Below, one piece after another: positions 15,314-24,733 of a DNA stretch of 64,000 nt (position 1 is its first letter; every line of letters begins with the position of its first letter). The stretch is taken from positions 68,667 to 132,666 of the forward strand of contig CADEDY010000004.1 of assembly GCA_902826215.1 (NCBI GenBank). The letters run 5' to 3'. The position numbers and the translations under genes were made by a program. The notes beneath the pieces were generated by a model that saw only the letters and a program-made list of their open reading frames with translations, was not told the origin of the DNA and ran no database searches. This stretch comes from an uncultured Bacteroidota bacterium. Its GTDB lineage: Bacteria; Bacteroidota; Bacteroidia; Flavobacteriales_F; PHOS-HE28.

Positions 15314-16665
15314 CACACACACGCTTCATCCGCGATCGCTATCGCCTTGCTCAAGATCTCCATCCCCTCATCCACCCCCGCCTTGTCGATGCACAGCGGC
15401 GGCGCGACGAAGATCCAGTTCCAACGCACGAAGGTGAACATGCCCAGCTCGTTGATCTTGGCGGCCACCTTGTTCATCACTGTCATTTCCTCGGGCTTCG
15501 CGTTCCACGGCGCCATCGGCTCCTTGGTGTCGCGGTTCTTCACCAGCTCGATGCAACCCAGCAGGCCGGTGTTGCGGAAGTCGCCGATGCTCGGGTGCTT
15601 CTCTGCCAGCTTCGCCACGCTCTCGTCCACGTAGCGACCCATGTTGGCGGCGTTGGTCACGAGGTGCTCTTCCTTGTAGATGTCGATGACGGCGTTCGCG
15701 GCGGCGCAGGCCACGGCGTGCGCGCTGTAGGTGAGGCCGATGGGCAGCGGCTTGTCGTCGAAGTGTTTGATGATCTCCTCGCGCACGATGAGGCCGCCAA
15801 GCGGGATGTAGCCGCTGGTGATCCCCTTCGCCATGCACAGGATGTCCGGCACCACGCCGTGGTGGTCGATGCCGAACCATTTGCCGGTGCGCCCGAAGCC
15901 GCTCATCACCTCGTCGCAGATGGTGAGGATGCCGTAGCGGTCCGCGATGGCCTTCACGCCTTTCCAGTAGCCCGGCGGGTATTTGATGCAACCGCTGCTG
16001 CCGCTCTCGCCTTCCAGCATGATCGCCGCGATGTACTGCGGGCCTTCATACTTCACGATGCGCTCCAGGTGCGACAGCGCGTTCTCCGTGCATTCCTCCG
16101 GCGTTTTGCTGTTCCACGGGCAGCGGTAGAAATACGGGTTCTCCACGTGGATGATGTTCGGCACGCCCTGGCTGTCGTGCGGCAAGCCGCGCGGATCGCC
16201 ACCGGCGCTAAGCGCTCCGTACGTGGCACCGTGGTAGCTCTGGTACAGCGTGATGATCTTGTGCCGGCCGGTGTACAAACGCGCGAGCTTCATCGCGTGC
16301 TCCACCGCCTCGGTGCCGCCGTTGGTGAAGAAGGTGCGGTTGAGGGACCCAGGCGTGATCTCCGCCAACGTCTTGCCCAGTTTACCGCGCGCCTCGGTGA
16401 TCATGCCCGGATGCACGTAGCTCACCTCGGCCATCTGCTTCGCCACCGCCTCCGCCACTTTCGGATGCCCATGCCCGATGTTCACGTTCATCAGCTGCGA
16501 ACTGAAGTCGATGTAGCGTTTGCCGCTTCGATCGTGCAGGTAAATGCCCTTGGCGCGCTCGATGTTCAGCGGGGCCAGACCGCTCTGCTTGCTCCAGGAG
16601 AAAATGGTGTGCTCGAGATTGTCCTTGAGGATCTCGGCGGGGTTCACCCGAAATGAAGTTTCCAT
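15313..16665 (-). CDS. Class-III (omega) aminotransferase, likely beta-alanine:pyruvate transaminase
   Basis: PLP fold-I class-III pattern (…TNGGTEAVEHAMKLAR…, …DEVMSGFGRTGKWFG…) with the lysine context CMAKGITSGYIPLGG. Co-operonic with the semialdehyde dehydrogenase. Confidence 0.85.
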   Translation of the reverse strand: METSFRVNPAEILKDNLEHTIFSWSKQSGLAPLNIERAKGIYLHDRSGKRYIDFSSQLMNVNIGHGHPKVAEAVAKQMAEVSYVHPGMITEARGKLGKTLAEITPGSLNRTFFTNGGTEAVEHAMKLARLYTGRHKIITLYQSYHGATYGALSAGGDPRGLPHDSQGVPNIIHVENPYFYRCPWNSKTPEECTENALSHLERIVKYEGPQYIAAIMLEGESGSSGCIKYPPGYWKGVKAIADRYGILTICDEVMSGFGRTGKWFGIDHHGVVPDILCMAKGITSGYIPLGGLIVREEIIKHFDDKPLPIGLTYSAHAVACAAANAVIDIYKEEHLVTNAANMGRYVDESVAKLAEKHPSIGDFRNTGLLGCIELVKNRDTKEPMAPWNAKPEEMTVMNKVAAKINELGMFTFVRWNWIFVAPPLCIDKAGVDEGMEILSKAIAIADEACV

Positions 16666-16668
16666 GCT

Positions 16669-17160
16669 CTAATTCTCAACTGGTCCGACATCCATGCCGT
16701 CGTATGACTCCAACCCCAATTCATCCGCAAGCTTGTACAGTTCGCCATTTCGGATGTGCAAGGACTGCGGTGTATGTGTCTCGATTCGCTCCACGTGGAG
16801 CCAATGTGTGCTCATATCATCCGCCTGATACACTTTAACGAAATGATAACCTCGCCCACTAAGTTCCTTAGCAGCACTCTCCAACTTCTCAGGGTTTGGA
16901 TCAGTGAAGAAATAGCCCCAAAGCATGTCTCCATCAACGTTCCATTTGGTTTCAGCGCGCATGTTCGCAAACATGTCCTTCATCTGCTCAAGGGTCATCT
17001 TCTCTTTCTGTTTCTGGGTCGTGCTATAGTCGCCTGCAACTTCGGTTGTACACGCACTGAAGACCGCAGCGCCAACCATCGCAGTGGCCAAGTGCAAGAT
17101 TTCGTTCGGGAATACTCGACTAGTCACGACATCCAATTGGTTTTGCCTTCCGGATTCCAC
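16669..17160 (-). CDS. Putative lipoprotein with an RraB-like (regulator of RNase activity B) domain; hypothetical
   Basis: Lipobox-like LATAMVGAAVFSAC. C-terminal segment WGYFFTDPNPEKLESAAKEL...GYHFVKVYQ resembles RraB/DUF695 proteins. The start is uncertain (17160 or the ATG at 17079). Confidence 0.4.
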   Translation of the reverse strand: MESGRQNQLDVVTSRVFPNEILHLATAMVGAAVFSACTTEVAGDYSTTQKQKEKMTLEQMKDMFANMRAETKWNVDGDMLWGYFFTDPNPEKLESAAKELSGRGYHFVKVYQADDMSTHWLHVERIETHTPQSLHIRNGELYKLADELGLESYDGMDVGPVEN

Positions 17161-18596
17161 TTCGTCGTGGTCTTCTTCAACTGCGTCCAGAACTCGATGC
17201 TGCTCTTTCCGGTGATGTCACAGGTACCGAACTTGCTGTCGTTCCAACCACCGAAGCTGAAGGGCTCGCGCGGCACGGGAACACCGATGTTCACGCCGAT
17301 CATGCCGGCGCTGGCGCGTTCCATCACTTGGCGGGCTTGTCCGCCACTTTGCGTGAAGACCGCGGCTGCGTTGCCATAGGGATTCTCGTTCTCGATGGCG
17401 ATGGCGGCGTCCAGGTCCTTCGCCCGCACGATGCTTATCACCGGTCCAAAGACCTCTTCCTGAGCGATGCGCATGTCGGTGGTCACGTGATCGATGATCG
17501 TGGGTCCGAGGTAGTAGCCGTCCTTCGCACCGCCTTCAACAGAAGGGTTGCGACCATCAAGGATGACCTTGGCCCCGGCCTTTTCCGCTTCAGCGATGAA
17601 ACCGGTGATGCGTTCGTACGCAGCCTTGCTGATCACCGGTCCCAGGTTCTTGCCGGGGATGAGCTTCTTCGCTTCGATGATCATCTGGTCGATGATGTGC
17701 TCCACGCCCCCTACACCGACCATCTGCGCAGCGGCCATGCAGCGTTGTCCCGCGCATCCGCTCATGCTGGCGACCACGTTGCTTGCGGTCATCTCCAAGT
17801 GCGCGTCTGGCAACACGATCAGGTGGTTCTTCGCGCCACCGAGGCAGAGTGCACGCTTCAAAGTGCTGGTCGCACGGACGTATACGATCTTGGCCACCTT
17901 GGTGCTTCCCACGAAGCTCACCGCCTTGATACCCGGATGATCGCAGATCGCTTCCACGATCTCGCGGTCACCGTTCACCACGTTGAAGACGCCATCGGGT
18001 AATCCTGCTTCCTTCAACAGTTCCGCAATGCGGATAGCGCTGATCGGCACCAATTCGCTTGGCTTCAGGATCATCGTATTCCCGAGCATCAGCGCGTTCG
18101 GGATGGTCCAATGCGGCACCATGTTCGGGAAGTTGAACGGCGCGATGCTTGCCACCACGCCCAACGGCTTCCGCTCAATGCGGCACTCCACCCCTTTGCT
18201 CACCTCCAGCACTTCACCCTGGATCAGCTGCGGCAGGCTGCAGGCGAATTCGGTCAGTTCCATGCTCTTATCCACCTCGGCGTACGACTCGTCCATCGTC
18301 TTGCCGTTCTCGGTGTGGACCAATGTGGCAAGCTCTTCACGATTCTTCCACAGCAGCTCGCGGTAGCGGAAGAAGATCTGCGAGCGTTCCTTGATCGGTG
18401 TGCCGCTCCAACCGGGGTAAGCAGCCTCTGCGGCTTTTACGGCTCTATCCAGATCATTGGCATTGCTGAGCGGGACCGTTGAGATGATGGAACCATCCAA
18501 AGGTGATCGCACATCCATCTTCTTCTGCCCGTTCACTTCGGGCTTACCCGCGATGTAGTTCTTGGTCTCGGGATAGGATAGGTCGGTGGTTGCCAT
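17124..18596 (-). CDS. mmsA: CoA-acylating methylmalonate/malonate-semialdehyde dehydrogenase (MmsA/IolA family)
   Basis: Aldehyde-dehydrogenase motifs (…KPSELVPISAIRIAELLKEAGLPDGVFNVVNG…, catalytic LGGAKNH...Cys region) and MmsA-type N-terminus MATTDLSYPETKNYIAGKPE. Start placed at the ATG at 18596 rather than the overlapping longer ORF in the track. Confidence 0.85.
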   Translation of the reverse strand: MATTDLSYPETKNYIAGKPEVNGQKKMDVRSPLDGSIISTVPLSNANDLDRAVKAAEAAYPGWSGTPIKERSQIFFRYRELLWKNREELATLVHTENGKTMDESYAEVDKSMELTEFACSLPQLIQGEVLEVSKGVECRIERKPLGVVASIAPFNFPNMVPHWTIPNALMLGNTMILKPSELVPISAIRIAELLKEAGLPDGVFNVVNGDREIVEAICDHPGIKAVSFVGSTKVAKIVYVRATSTLKRALCLGGAKNHLIVLPDAHLEMTASNVVASMSGCAGQRCMAAAQMVGVGGVEHIIDQMIIEAKKLIPGKNLGPVISKAAYERITGFIAEAEKAGAKVILDGRNPSVEGGAKDGYYLGPTIIDHVTTDMRIAQEEVFGPVISIVRAKDLDAAIAIENENPYGNAAAVFTQSGGQARQVMERASAGMIGVNIGVPVPREPFSFGGWNDSKFGTCDITGKSSIEFWTQLKKTTTKWNPEGKTNWMS

Positions 18597-18698
18597 TTGG
18601 ATGTCGCTCTTTTGCCCGTCGAAGATAGCGTGAGCGACCTCTGAAGGACCTATTCGCGCACGGATCCTACCTTCGCCGGAGACCGATCCACACCAACC

Positions 18699-19190
18699 AT
18701 GCCCTCCGTAGATATTCTCTCCAAGGTCGACCTGCAAATGCTCGACAATGCCATCAACGTTGTGAAACGCGAGATCGAGAGCCGGTACGACCTACGCGGG
18801 ACCAACAGCACGGTGGAAGTGGACAAGAAAGCACTGACCATCAAGATCAGCACCGAGGACCATATGAAACTGGACGCGGTGCTCGATATCCTGTTGGAAC
18901 GAAGCGGCAAACAGAAGGTGGACGTGCGCAGTTTCGACCTGAAGGAAGAGCCGGTGCCGAGCGGAAAGACCCTTTACCGCATCATCAAAGTGAAGCAAGG
19001 GATCGAACGCGAGACAGCTAAGAAGATCGTGAAGGCGATCAAGGATAGCGGGCTCAAGGTCCAACCACAGATCATGGACGACCTGATCCGTGTAACGGGC
19101 AAGAAGATCGATGACCTCCAAGCTGTGATGGCTGTTTGCAAGGAGAAGGATTTCGAATTGCCCCTGCAGTTCGACAACATGAAAAGCTGA
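18699..19190 (+). CDS. yajQ: YajQ-family (UPF0234) nucleotide-binding protein
   Basis: MPSVDILSKVDLQMLDNAINVVKREIESRYDLRGT... Full-length match to the YajQ family pattern (~163 aa). Confidence 0.85.
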   Translation: MPSVDILSKVDLQMLDNAINVVKREIESRYDLRGTNSTVEVDKKALTIKISTEDHMKLDAVLDILLERSGKQKVDVRSFDLKEEPVPSGKTLYRIIKVKQGIERETAKKIVKAIKDSGLKVQPQIMDDLIRVTGKKIDDLQAVMAVCKEKDFELPLQFDNMKS

Positions 19191-19193
19191 TCC

Positions 19194-20153
19194 GTGGCAC
19201 GCGAACGGGCAAAGCGCCTGGACTGCCCGAATTGCGGGCGTTCCATGACCGCAGAGGACTACTTCTGCGGCACCTGCGGACAGGAGAACCATACGCACAA
19301 GCTCCCTGTTCGACATTTTGTGGTCGAATTGCTTTCCGGGCTCTTCAACTTCGACACGAAACTTCTCCGCACGCTTCGTGATCTGTTCTGGCCACCCGGA
19401 CTGGTGATCCGAGAATTCAACGCGAACAAGCGTGCGCGCTACGTGCATCCTTTGCGCTTATACCTCTTCACCAGCGTCCTGTTCTTCCTGTTCCTTGCTT
19501 GGACCACGGCGAACCTCGAGAACGATGAAGGCCCAGTGCTGGTGGTCAGTGGGGATCTAACGGAAACCAACGATGATCCTGGCCTCACCGTGGAACTCGA
19601 GAACGGAAGTACGGTTACTGATAGCATGCTCACCGAACTATCCGCAAGACCACAGGTGACCGATGCCATGATCGACAGCATGCTCGTCGGGATCGGCAGC
19701 GAACCTTCCGTTATCACTCGCATCGTTGTTCGCATGGCCATGAACGCGAGCGGTAACAGTGTGCGCAAGGAAGCCTTCATAGCGCGGTTGTTCGCGGCAT
19801 TCAGCAAACTGCTTTTCCTACTGCTTCCGATCTTCGCACTTCTGCTCTATCTGTTGCATCGGCGCTCGGGCTACTACTACACGGAGCACCTTGTATTCGC
19901 CTTGTACTTCCATACAGTGGCCTTTCTTTTCATCGGTATTCGCATGCTCATCGGGCAGTTCATGGACATCGGAATACTGAGCCCGGCGGTGATCATTTTC
20001 GTGGCGTTCTATCTCGTTTGGGCGGTGCGAACGGTTTACGGCAAGCCTTGGTCCCGATCCATCCTCAACATTTTCGTTCTTCTCTTCCTTTACGGTATCC
20101 TCATCGTGTTGGGCTTCGGCGCGGCCGCAGTGATGGGGGCACTTCAGGATTGA
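19194..20153 (+). CDS. DUF3667-like membrane protein with an N-terminal zinc ribbon
   Basis: CPNCG...CGTCGQENHTH...VHPLRLYLFTSVLFF, followed by several TM helices. The gene begins 4 nt after the yajQ stop. Confidence 0.7.
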   Translation: MARERAKRLDCPNCGRSMTAEDYFCGTCGQENHTHKLPVRHFVVELLSGLFNFDTKLLRTLRDLFWPPGLVIREFNANKRARYVHPLRLYLFTSVLFFLFLAWTTANLENDEGPVLVVSGDLTETNDDPGLTVELENGSTVTDSMLTELSARPQVTDAMIDSMLVGIGSEPSVITRIVVRMAMNASGNSVRKEAFIARLFAAFSKLLFLLLPIFALLLYLLHRRSGYYYTEHLVFALYFHTVAFLFIGIRMLIGQFMDIGILSPAVIIFVAFYLVWAVRTVYGKPWSRSILNIFVLLFLYGILIVLGFGAAAVMGALQD

Positions 20154-20218
20154 CCCGAACGACAAGCAGCCTTTTTTGGCTTCAACGCGTCATCATCCTA
20201 TCATACAACCCAGTCACC

Positions 20219-21496
20219 ATGATCCGGACCCTACTCTCCGCCATTCTATTGGTCACTTCCTTGCACAGCGGTGCGCAGACGTATTTCTACATCGACGCGA
20301 TCACCGTATCGCCATCGGCACCAACAACGAGCGATGCGATCACCGTATCACTCACCGGGAACCTGAGCAGCAGCGGTGCGTACATCGTTTCCGCGAACTA
20401 CATGCTCATGGGGAACACGGTGCACCTGACCGTGGAGGCGGCCGATCCCGGTGGTTTGGCTGTTCTGGTTCCGCATACCGAAGTCATCCCCATCGGCAGT
20501 CTTGCAGCTGGCGACTATACCATTCTAGTTGATGGAACAGGTCTGCTCGACTCTGCATCGCCTTTACAGCACCAATTCACCGTCACTGGCGGAGGGTCGC
20601 CATGCGATGACCTGATCATCGACTTCGTACGTTGGGGTGCCTTCAGCGATACGGCCGTGCTCGTTCACGTATACAACAACAGCACGGAACTGTTCGACTA
20701 TCCAGGCTTCGTTCTGCTGGATGGAAGTGGGGACACCTTGGCGAACGAAACGGTGAACTTCTTCGGCATCGGACAAGAGAGCTACCACACGCTGGCCATT
20801 CACCCGGATGCAGTGTTACCCAACGGGTCTTTCACCGGGGGGCTTCACTTATGGACCGGTTTCTACGACGTACAAGCCTGCTCGTGGGAGTTCGAGATCG
20901 ACCTGTGCCCGCCTTCATCGTGCGACACTGTTATCGTCGGCCTGGAAAACTTCGGAAACGCCTTGACCTTGGGCGATTTCGACTGGACCCTGCTCGACGA
21001 GGCACTCGAAACCGTGGCTGCAGGACAGCTGACCTTGACGGCGAACATGCAATTCGACCGGGACACATTATGCCTTCCTCCCGCCCATTATACGTTCAAC
21101 TTGACCCCGGCCCAACCTTCCACTGGTGGCCAACCATACCTGACAGTGGATCGGACAGGCTGGCTTGGAGGCCCTTCCACTCCCTTGCTCTCCGACGAGC
21201 TGAATTCCTTGGAATTCGACTTCTATCCGAATTGCTTTGATGGAACGAACAACATTCCGGCATTCACGAAGGGCGAAGGACTTCGGATCCAGCAGCACGT
21301 GAATGGATTCGAGCTTACGAACCTGAACGGATCAACTATCGGTACGGTTGAAGTCTTCGACGCCGGAGGGCGACTCGTTCGATCGGAGCGCACCATGTCT
21401 AGCAACGTATACATCGATCTGCGTGGCACCCCGAATGGCCTAGTGATCGTTCGCGCAGCTGGTGAAGCCCGACGATTCCCTTGGCTGGCGCAATAG
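20219..21496 (+). CDS. T9SS-secreted hypothetical protein (signal peptide + Por C-terminal sorting domain)
   Basis: Signal peptide MIRTLLSAILLVTSLHSGAQ. C-terminus ...VEVFDAGGRLVRSERTMSSNVYIDLRGTPNGLVIVRAAGEARRF matches a T9SS C-terminal domain. Confidence 0.7.
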   Translation: MIRTLLSAILLVTSLHSGAQTYFYIDAITVSPSAPTTSDAITVSLTGNLSSSGAYIVSANYMLMGNTVHLTVEAADPGGLAVLVPHTEVIPIGSLAAGDYTILVDGTGLLDSASPLQHQFTVTGGGSPCDDLIIDFVRWGAFSDTAVLVHVYNNSTELFDYPGFVLLDGSGDTLANETVNFFGIGQESYHTLAIHPDAVLPNGSFTGGLHLWTGFYDVQACSWEFEIDLCPPSSCDTVIVGLENFGNALTLGDFDWTLLDEALETVAAGQLTLTANMQFDRDTLCLPPAHYTFNLTPAQPSTGGQPYLTVDRTGWLGGPSTPLLSDELNSLEFDFYPNCFDGTNNIPAFTKGEGLRIQQHVNGFELTNLNGSTIGTVEVFDAGGRLVRSERTMSSNVYIDLRGTPNGLVIVRAAGEARRFPWLAQ

Positions 21497-21755
21497 TCCA
21501 GAAAATGAAGTGGCTCTGGTGAGCGACCGGACCAAAGAACGGGTTCAGCTCCATCCGGTTCATCCTCGAACATCAAGTGCAATAACGGGCGAAGCCCGCC
21601 TTACGGGGCGGGCTTCTTAGTATCCCGATCTCCAGGCTTACGGGCTTGGACGAGGACTTTTAACGCCGCAAGGCTGATGTCCCCTGTGATCAGGTGTGCC
21701 TGTGGCTTGCTGAAAGCAAACCTCTGACTGTTGTAACGCACGGTTCTGGAGAATG

Positions 21756-21932
21756 TTACGTCTTCTTGATCTTTTCCTTCTCATACGCTTCCAGGAAGGA
21801 TTCGGCCTCGGCTCTTTTGAGATCACTGGCCTTTCGGTCGATCGTACTCAGCCTGTGCGATTCCGCCAGAAGTCCGCGATAATGATCCATGGCCTTTTGC
21901 TCTGGATCTTTCTTCTTGAAGAAATTGAACAT
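21756..21932 (-). CDS. Possible 58-aa small protein (MFNFFKKKDPEQKAMDHYRG...EKEKIKKT) in a lower-GC spacer
   Basis: ATG-to-TAA open frame not present in the >=60-aa ORF track. The region between 21500 and 22200 is otherwise non-coding. Confidence 0.25.
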   Translation of the reverse strand: MFNFFKKKDPEQKAMDHYRGLLAESHRLSTIDRKASDLKRAEAESFLEAYEKEKIKKT

Positions 21933-22208
21933 GCCTTTTGGGAACTAGAACACGCGCGGGAGATAAAGGTTCCATGATCGACCTATTCGCTAGTACACAA
22001 GGTGGGCACTTGTCAAGAAAAAGTACCAGTAGCTCGTGGAGACCTGTACCTGAAGATCAACTGGCCAAATGGGATGAGCAGTTCAATTTTCTTGCACTTG
22101 AACACCTCTGCGCGAGCGATCGGGCAACGAACAACAGGTACACTTCCAGACATTCACGACGCGGACAAGAAAAAGGAATAGGCCAGGTCAGAGCTGCCAA
22201 GCTGAACC

Positions 22209-22553
22209 TCAGAACATCGTCTCCCCTTTCAAGAAGAGCACGAAGATGAAGGTCATCAAAAAGTGATGGAACAACAGCAGTGCAGTGACAAGGGTCAGCA
22301 CCGTTTTCCCACTGGGCGTAAGCTCTGGGAAGAGTTTCTTATTGTTCACCGCGATGATCGGCAATGGGATCGTGGCCAGTAGAAAAGTGATCGCCAAAGC
22401 CTTGAACATGACCACATTGCTCATAAGTCCGAAGAACAAATGAGCGTAGTAGAAAACAAAGCCCACGAAGGACAATAGTCCCAGGCGGACGAAGAGCCGC
22501 GCTTCTGCTACCATTTTACCTCTGCTATCCATGACAAAAGACGCACGGTTCAA
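22209..22553 (-). CDS. Hypothetical integral membrane protein (3-4 TM)
   Basis: Hydrophobic ORF. Last gene of the 27238->22209 minus-strand cluster. Confidence 0.45.
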   Translation of the reverse strand: MNRASFVMDSRGKMVAEARLFVRLGLLSFVGFVFYYAHLFFGLMSNVVMFKALAITFLLATIPLPIIAVNNKKLFPELTPSGKTVLTLVTALLLFHHFLMTFIFVLFLKGETMF

Positions 22554-22612
22554 ACGGGGTTGCGTCCTCTGTGGTTACACATTATCCACAAGACCGGGTT
22601 CGGATCGGGATC

Positions 22613-23332
22613 CTATCCCACTGCACGGGCCCTCTGAAAGCAACGCAGCACGGCCAATATTCCGATGATGCATCCACTTACGAACCATTCCCAAGGAAAA
22701 TGCACTGGTATGTATGATCGGCCTCGCTGCAGGGCCATTGCTTGACTTTGCTGCACACCATCCGACAGCAGAAGGTCCTTTCCACTGAAGGAATTCAGGA
22801 GTGGATCCAAGGTGAAAGAAATGAAGATCAGCACAGCGGACAAGCCCAAAAGACTCCATGTCCACACATCTACGAGGCCAACAGGGCGTTTGGATCGTCC
22901 ATAGAGCAAGGTCAGGGCCAACACGATCAGTCCCAAGGACACGATGCACGGTGCCCATACAGGACCTACCCACGGCACTGGGATCAGGAACAAAAGGTCG
23001 CGACTGGAGAGGCTTTCTGGCCAACCCAGCAACACCTTAAGCCATACGTAGTAGAAGATGTCCCAAACGCCGAATCCGAAGCAGAACCAAGCGAACCGAG
23101 CCAATGCGCTCCGCGCCACAAGTGCACCAGGAACCAGCAGCATCAACAACGTGGCTGCCTCTCTTGCCACTTCCGTTGTGACCAGGTTCCGATCCATCGG
23201 CACCAACGGAAAATCGAAACCCGTCGGGTAATACAACGCCCGCAAATAGACCACCACCGCGCTTTCCAAGAATGCCATGGCCGCAAAAAAGATGGTCATC
23301 CAGATCACATGGCGGCGGAATTCACTGGGCAT
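22613..23332 (-). CDS. Hypothetical polytopic membrane protein
   Basis: About 7 hydrophobic segments. Overlaps the upstream EEP gene by 11 nt. Confidence 0.5.
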   Translation of the reverse strand: MPSEFRRHVIWMTIFFAAMAFLESAVVVYLRALYYPTGFDFPLVPMDRNLVTTEVAREAATLLMLLVPGALVARSALARFAWFCFGFGVWDIFYYVWLKVLLGWPESLSSRDLLFLIPVPWVGPVWAPCIVSLGLIVLALTLLYGRSKRPVGLVDVWTWSLLGLSAVLIFISFTLDPLLNSFSGKDLLLSDGVQQSQAMALQRGRSYIPVHFPWEWFVSGCIIGILAVLRCFQRARAVG

Positions 23333-24254
23333 GCTGCGGAAATTGTATCTCGGCGATAAGCCCTCGATGATCGCTTCCTGGAATATCGACCGTTCTCAAC
23401 GATCGAAGTGCTAGCCCATTGGAGACCAACACATGGTCCAGCGGGATGAATGCGAGCGGCCCCAAGGACGGCCAAGTGCGCTGTTGAAATGGCGTGGTCG
23501 AAGACAAGCCTGTTCGATAGCAAAATCGCTGATAGGTCCCATCCCAAGGCACCGTGTTCAGGTCGCCGACGACGATGGTTGCCGTATCACAGTTCATCAA
23601 GTGTCGGGCAAGGATCTCGAACTGCTCATTCCGTTGTTGGAAATGGCCGTAACTGACCGGTGAAGTGGTGTGTACAGTGACCAATCGAACGGTTCCACCC
23701 TCCAATTCGAACAAGGCTTCGATGACCGGAGTGCCTGCCAGATCAAACGTACAGATCTGCTTGAACGGCTGCTTGCTGAAGAAAGCGATCCCATGATAAC
23801 GCGCACCGGGGATCAAGTGGGCAAAAGGATAGGCTCCGCACAGACCGGTCTGCAAGGCATCGGCCCAATCCTCGCTTACTTCTTGCACAGAAACCACATC
23901 AGCACCACTTTCCAATGCCTCCGTGATCGCCTCATCGAATCGACGGTTCGGTTGGAGCACGTTCATGTGGAAGACACGCAGCGAAGGGCCGCGCTCCAAA
24001 TTGCTCATCGGCAGGACCGGGGTGATCATTTGGCCAGCAAGTAGCAATGCCCCGAACAGTGCCGTCCAGAAGGTCCATTGGTACTTCTTCCAAAGCGCAA
24101 GTCCTGAAATGAGCAACATGGTCAATGAAATGGGAAGCATGAATGCACGCGCCAGCATGGGCAGGTATGCATCAGGGGCGAAGGCCAGGGCGACAGAAAC
24201 GACCAACAGCACAGCGGTGTATCGAAAGTCGCGGTAGGGAATGGAGAGTATCAT
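23322..24254 (-). CDS. Membrane-anchored endonuclease/exonuclease/phosphatase (EEP)-family protein
   Basis: Three N-terminal TM helices, then EEP motifs (…RVFHMNVL…, …DVVSVQEV…, …GDLNTVPW…, …SDHRGLIAEI…). Start at the ATG at 24254 (MILSIPY...). Confidence 0.7.
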   Translation of the reverse strand: MILSIPYRDFRYTAVLLVVSVALAFAPDAYLPMLARAFMLPISLTMLLISGLALWKKYQWTFWTALFGALLLAGQMITPVLPMSNLERGPSLRVFHMNVLQPNRRFDEAITEALESGADVVSVQEVSEDWADALQTGLCGAYPFAHLIPGARYHGIAFFSKQPFKQICTFDLAGTPVIEALFELEGGTVRLVTVHTTSPVSYGHFQQRNEQFEILARHLMNCDTATIVVGDLNTVPWDGTYQRFCYRTGLSSTTPFQQRTWPSLGPLAFIPLDHVLVSNGLALRSLRTVDIPGSDHRGLIAEIQFPQHAQ

Positions 24255-24733
24255 GACCTGATCGTTGGAGTTGAAATAAGGCGATCGATACGGCGAAGCA
24301 CCATCCAAAGTGGAATGGCGCCGAGCACACCGAAAGAGGCATCCACGCAACGCCAGAAGAACGGGATACCGCGAACCGGAGCCCACAGGAAGGCCAAGGG
24401 TAGAACCAACAAGCAACACCAAAGTCCCCATTGGATCACCCAGCGGTTCTGCACCGGGTCACGGTAAGGCCCAACAAACGCCAAAGCGATCACCACATGC
24501 GCGAAAGCCAACCAATCTGTTCCATAGAACAGGAAGGGATACGTGGAACCAACATGGGCGACAGCCTCTGCCGCATGCGCGGACCAACCCGCCCAAGGAT
24601 CACCCCAAGAAACGGTGATCCCGGCCAACCATTCGGTGCCCCATTCCAGCGGTACAGCGGTCAGACCACTGATCACGAGGGCGACCATGAAGAACATGAT
24701 CCATCGCCGAATGAACCGAAGGTCCATACTCAT
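24251..24733 (-). CDS. Hypothetical membrane protein (4 TM)
   Basis: ATGA overlaps with both neighbouring genes. Start at MSMDLRF. Confidence 0.5.
   Translation of the reverse strand: MSMDLRFIRRWIMFFMVALVISGLTAVPLEWGTEWLAGITVSWGDPWAGWSAHAAEAVAHVGSTYPFLFYGTDWLAFAHVVIALAFVGPYRDPVQNRWVIQWGLWCCLLVLPLAFLWAPVRGIPFFWRCVDASFGVLGAIPLWMVLRRIDRLISTPTIRS

Noticed and set aside
15595-16656. 353-aa plus-strand ORF and other long frames inside the aminotransferase gene
   Set aside because: Antisense or alternative frames of a well-supported class-III aminotransferase.
21638-21826. 62-aa minus-strand ORF
   Set aside because: The Arg/Pro-rich composition is typical of a GC frame artefact. The overlapping 58-aa Lys-rich ORF is more plausible.
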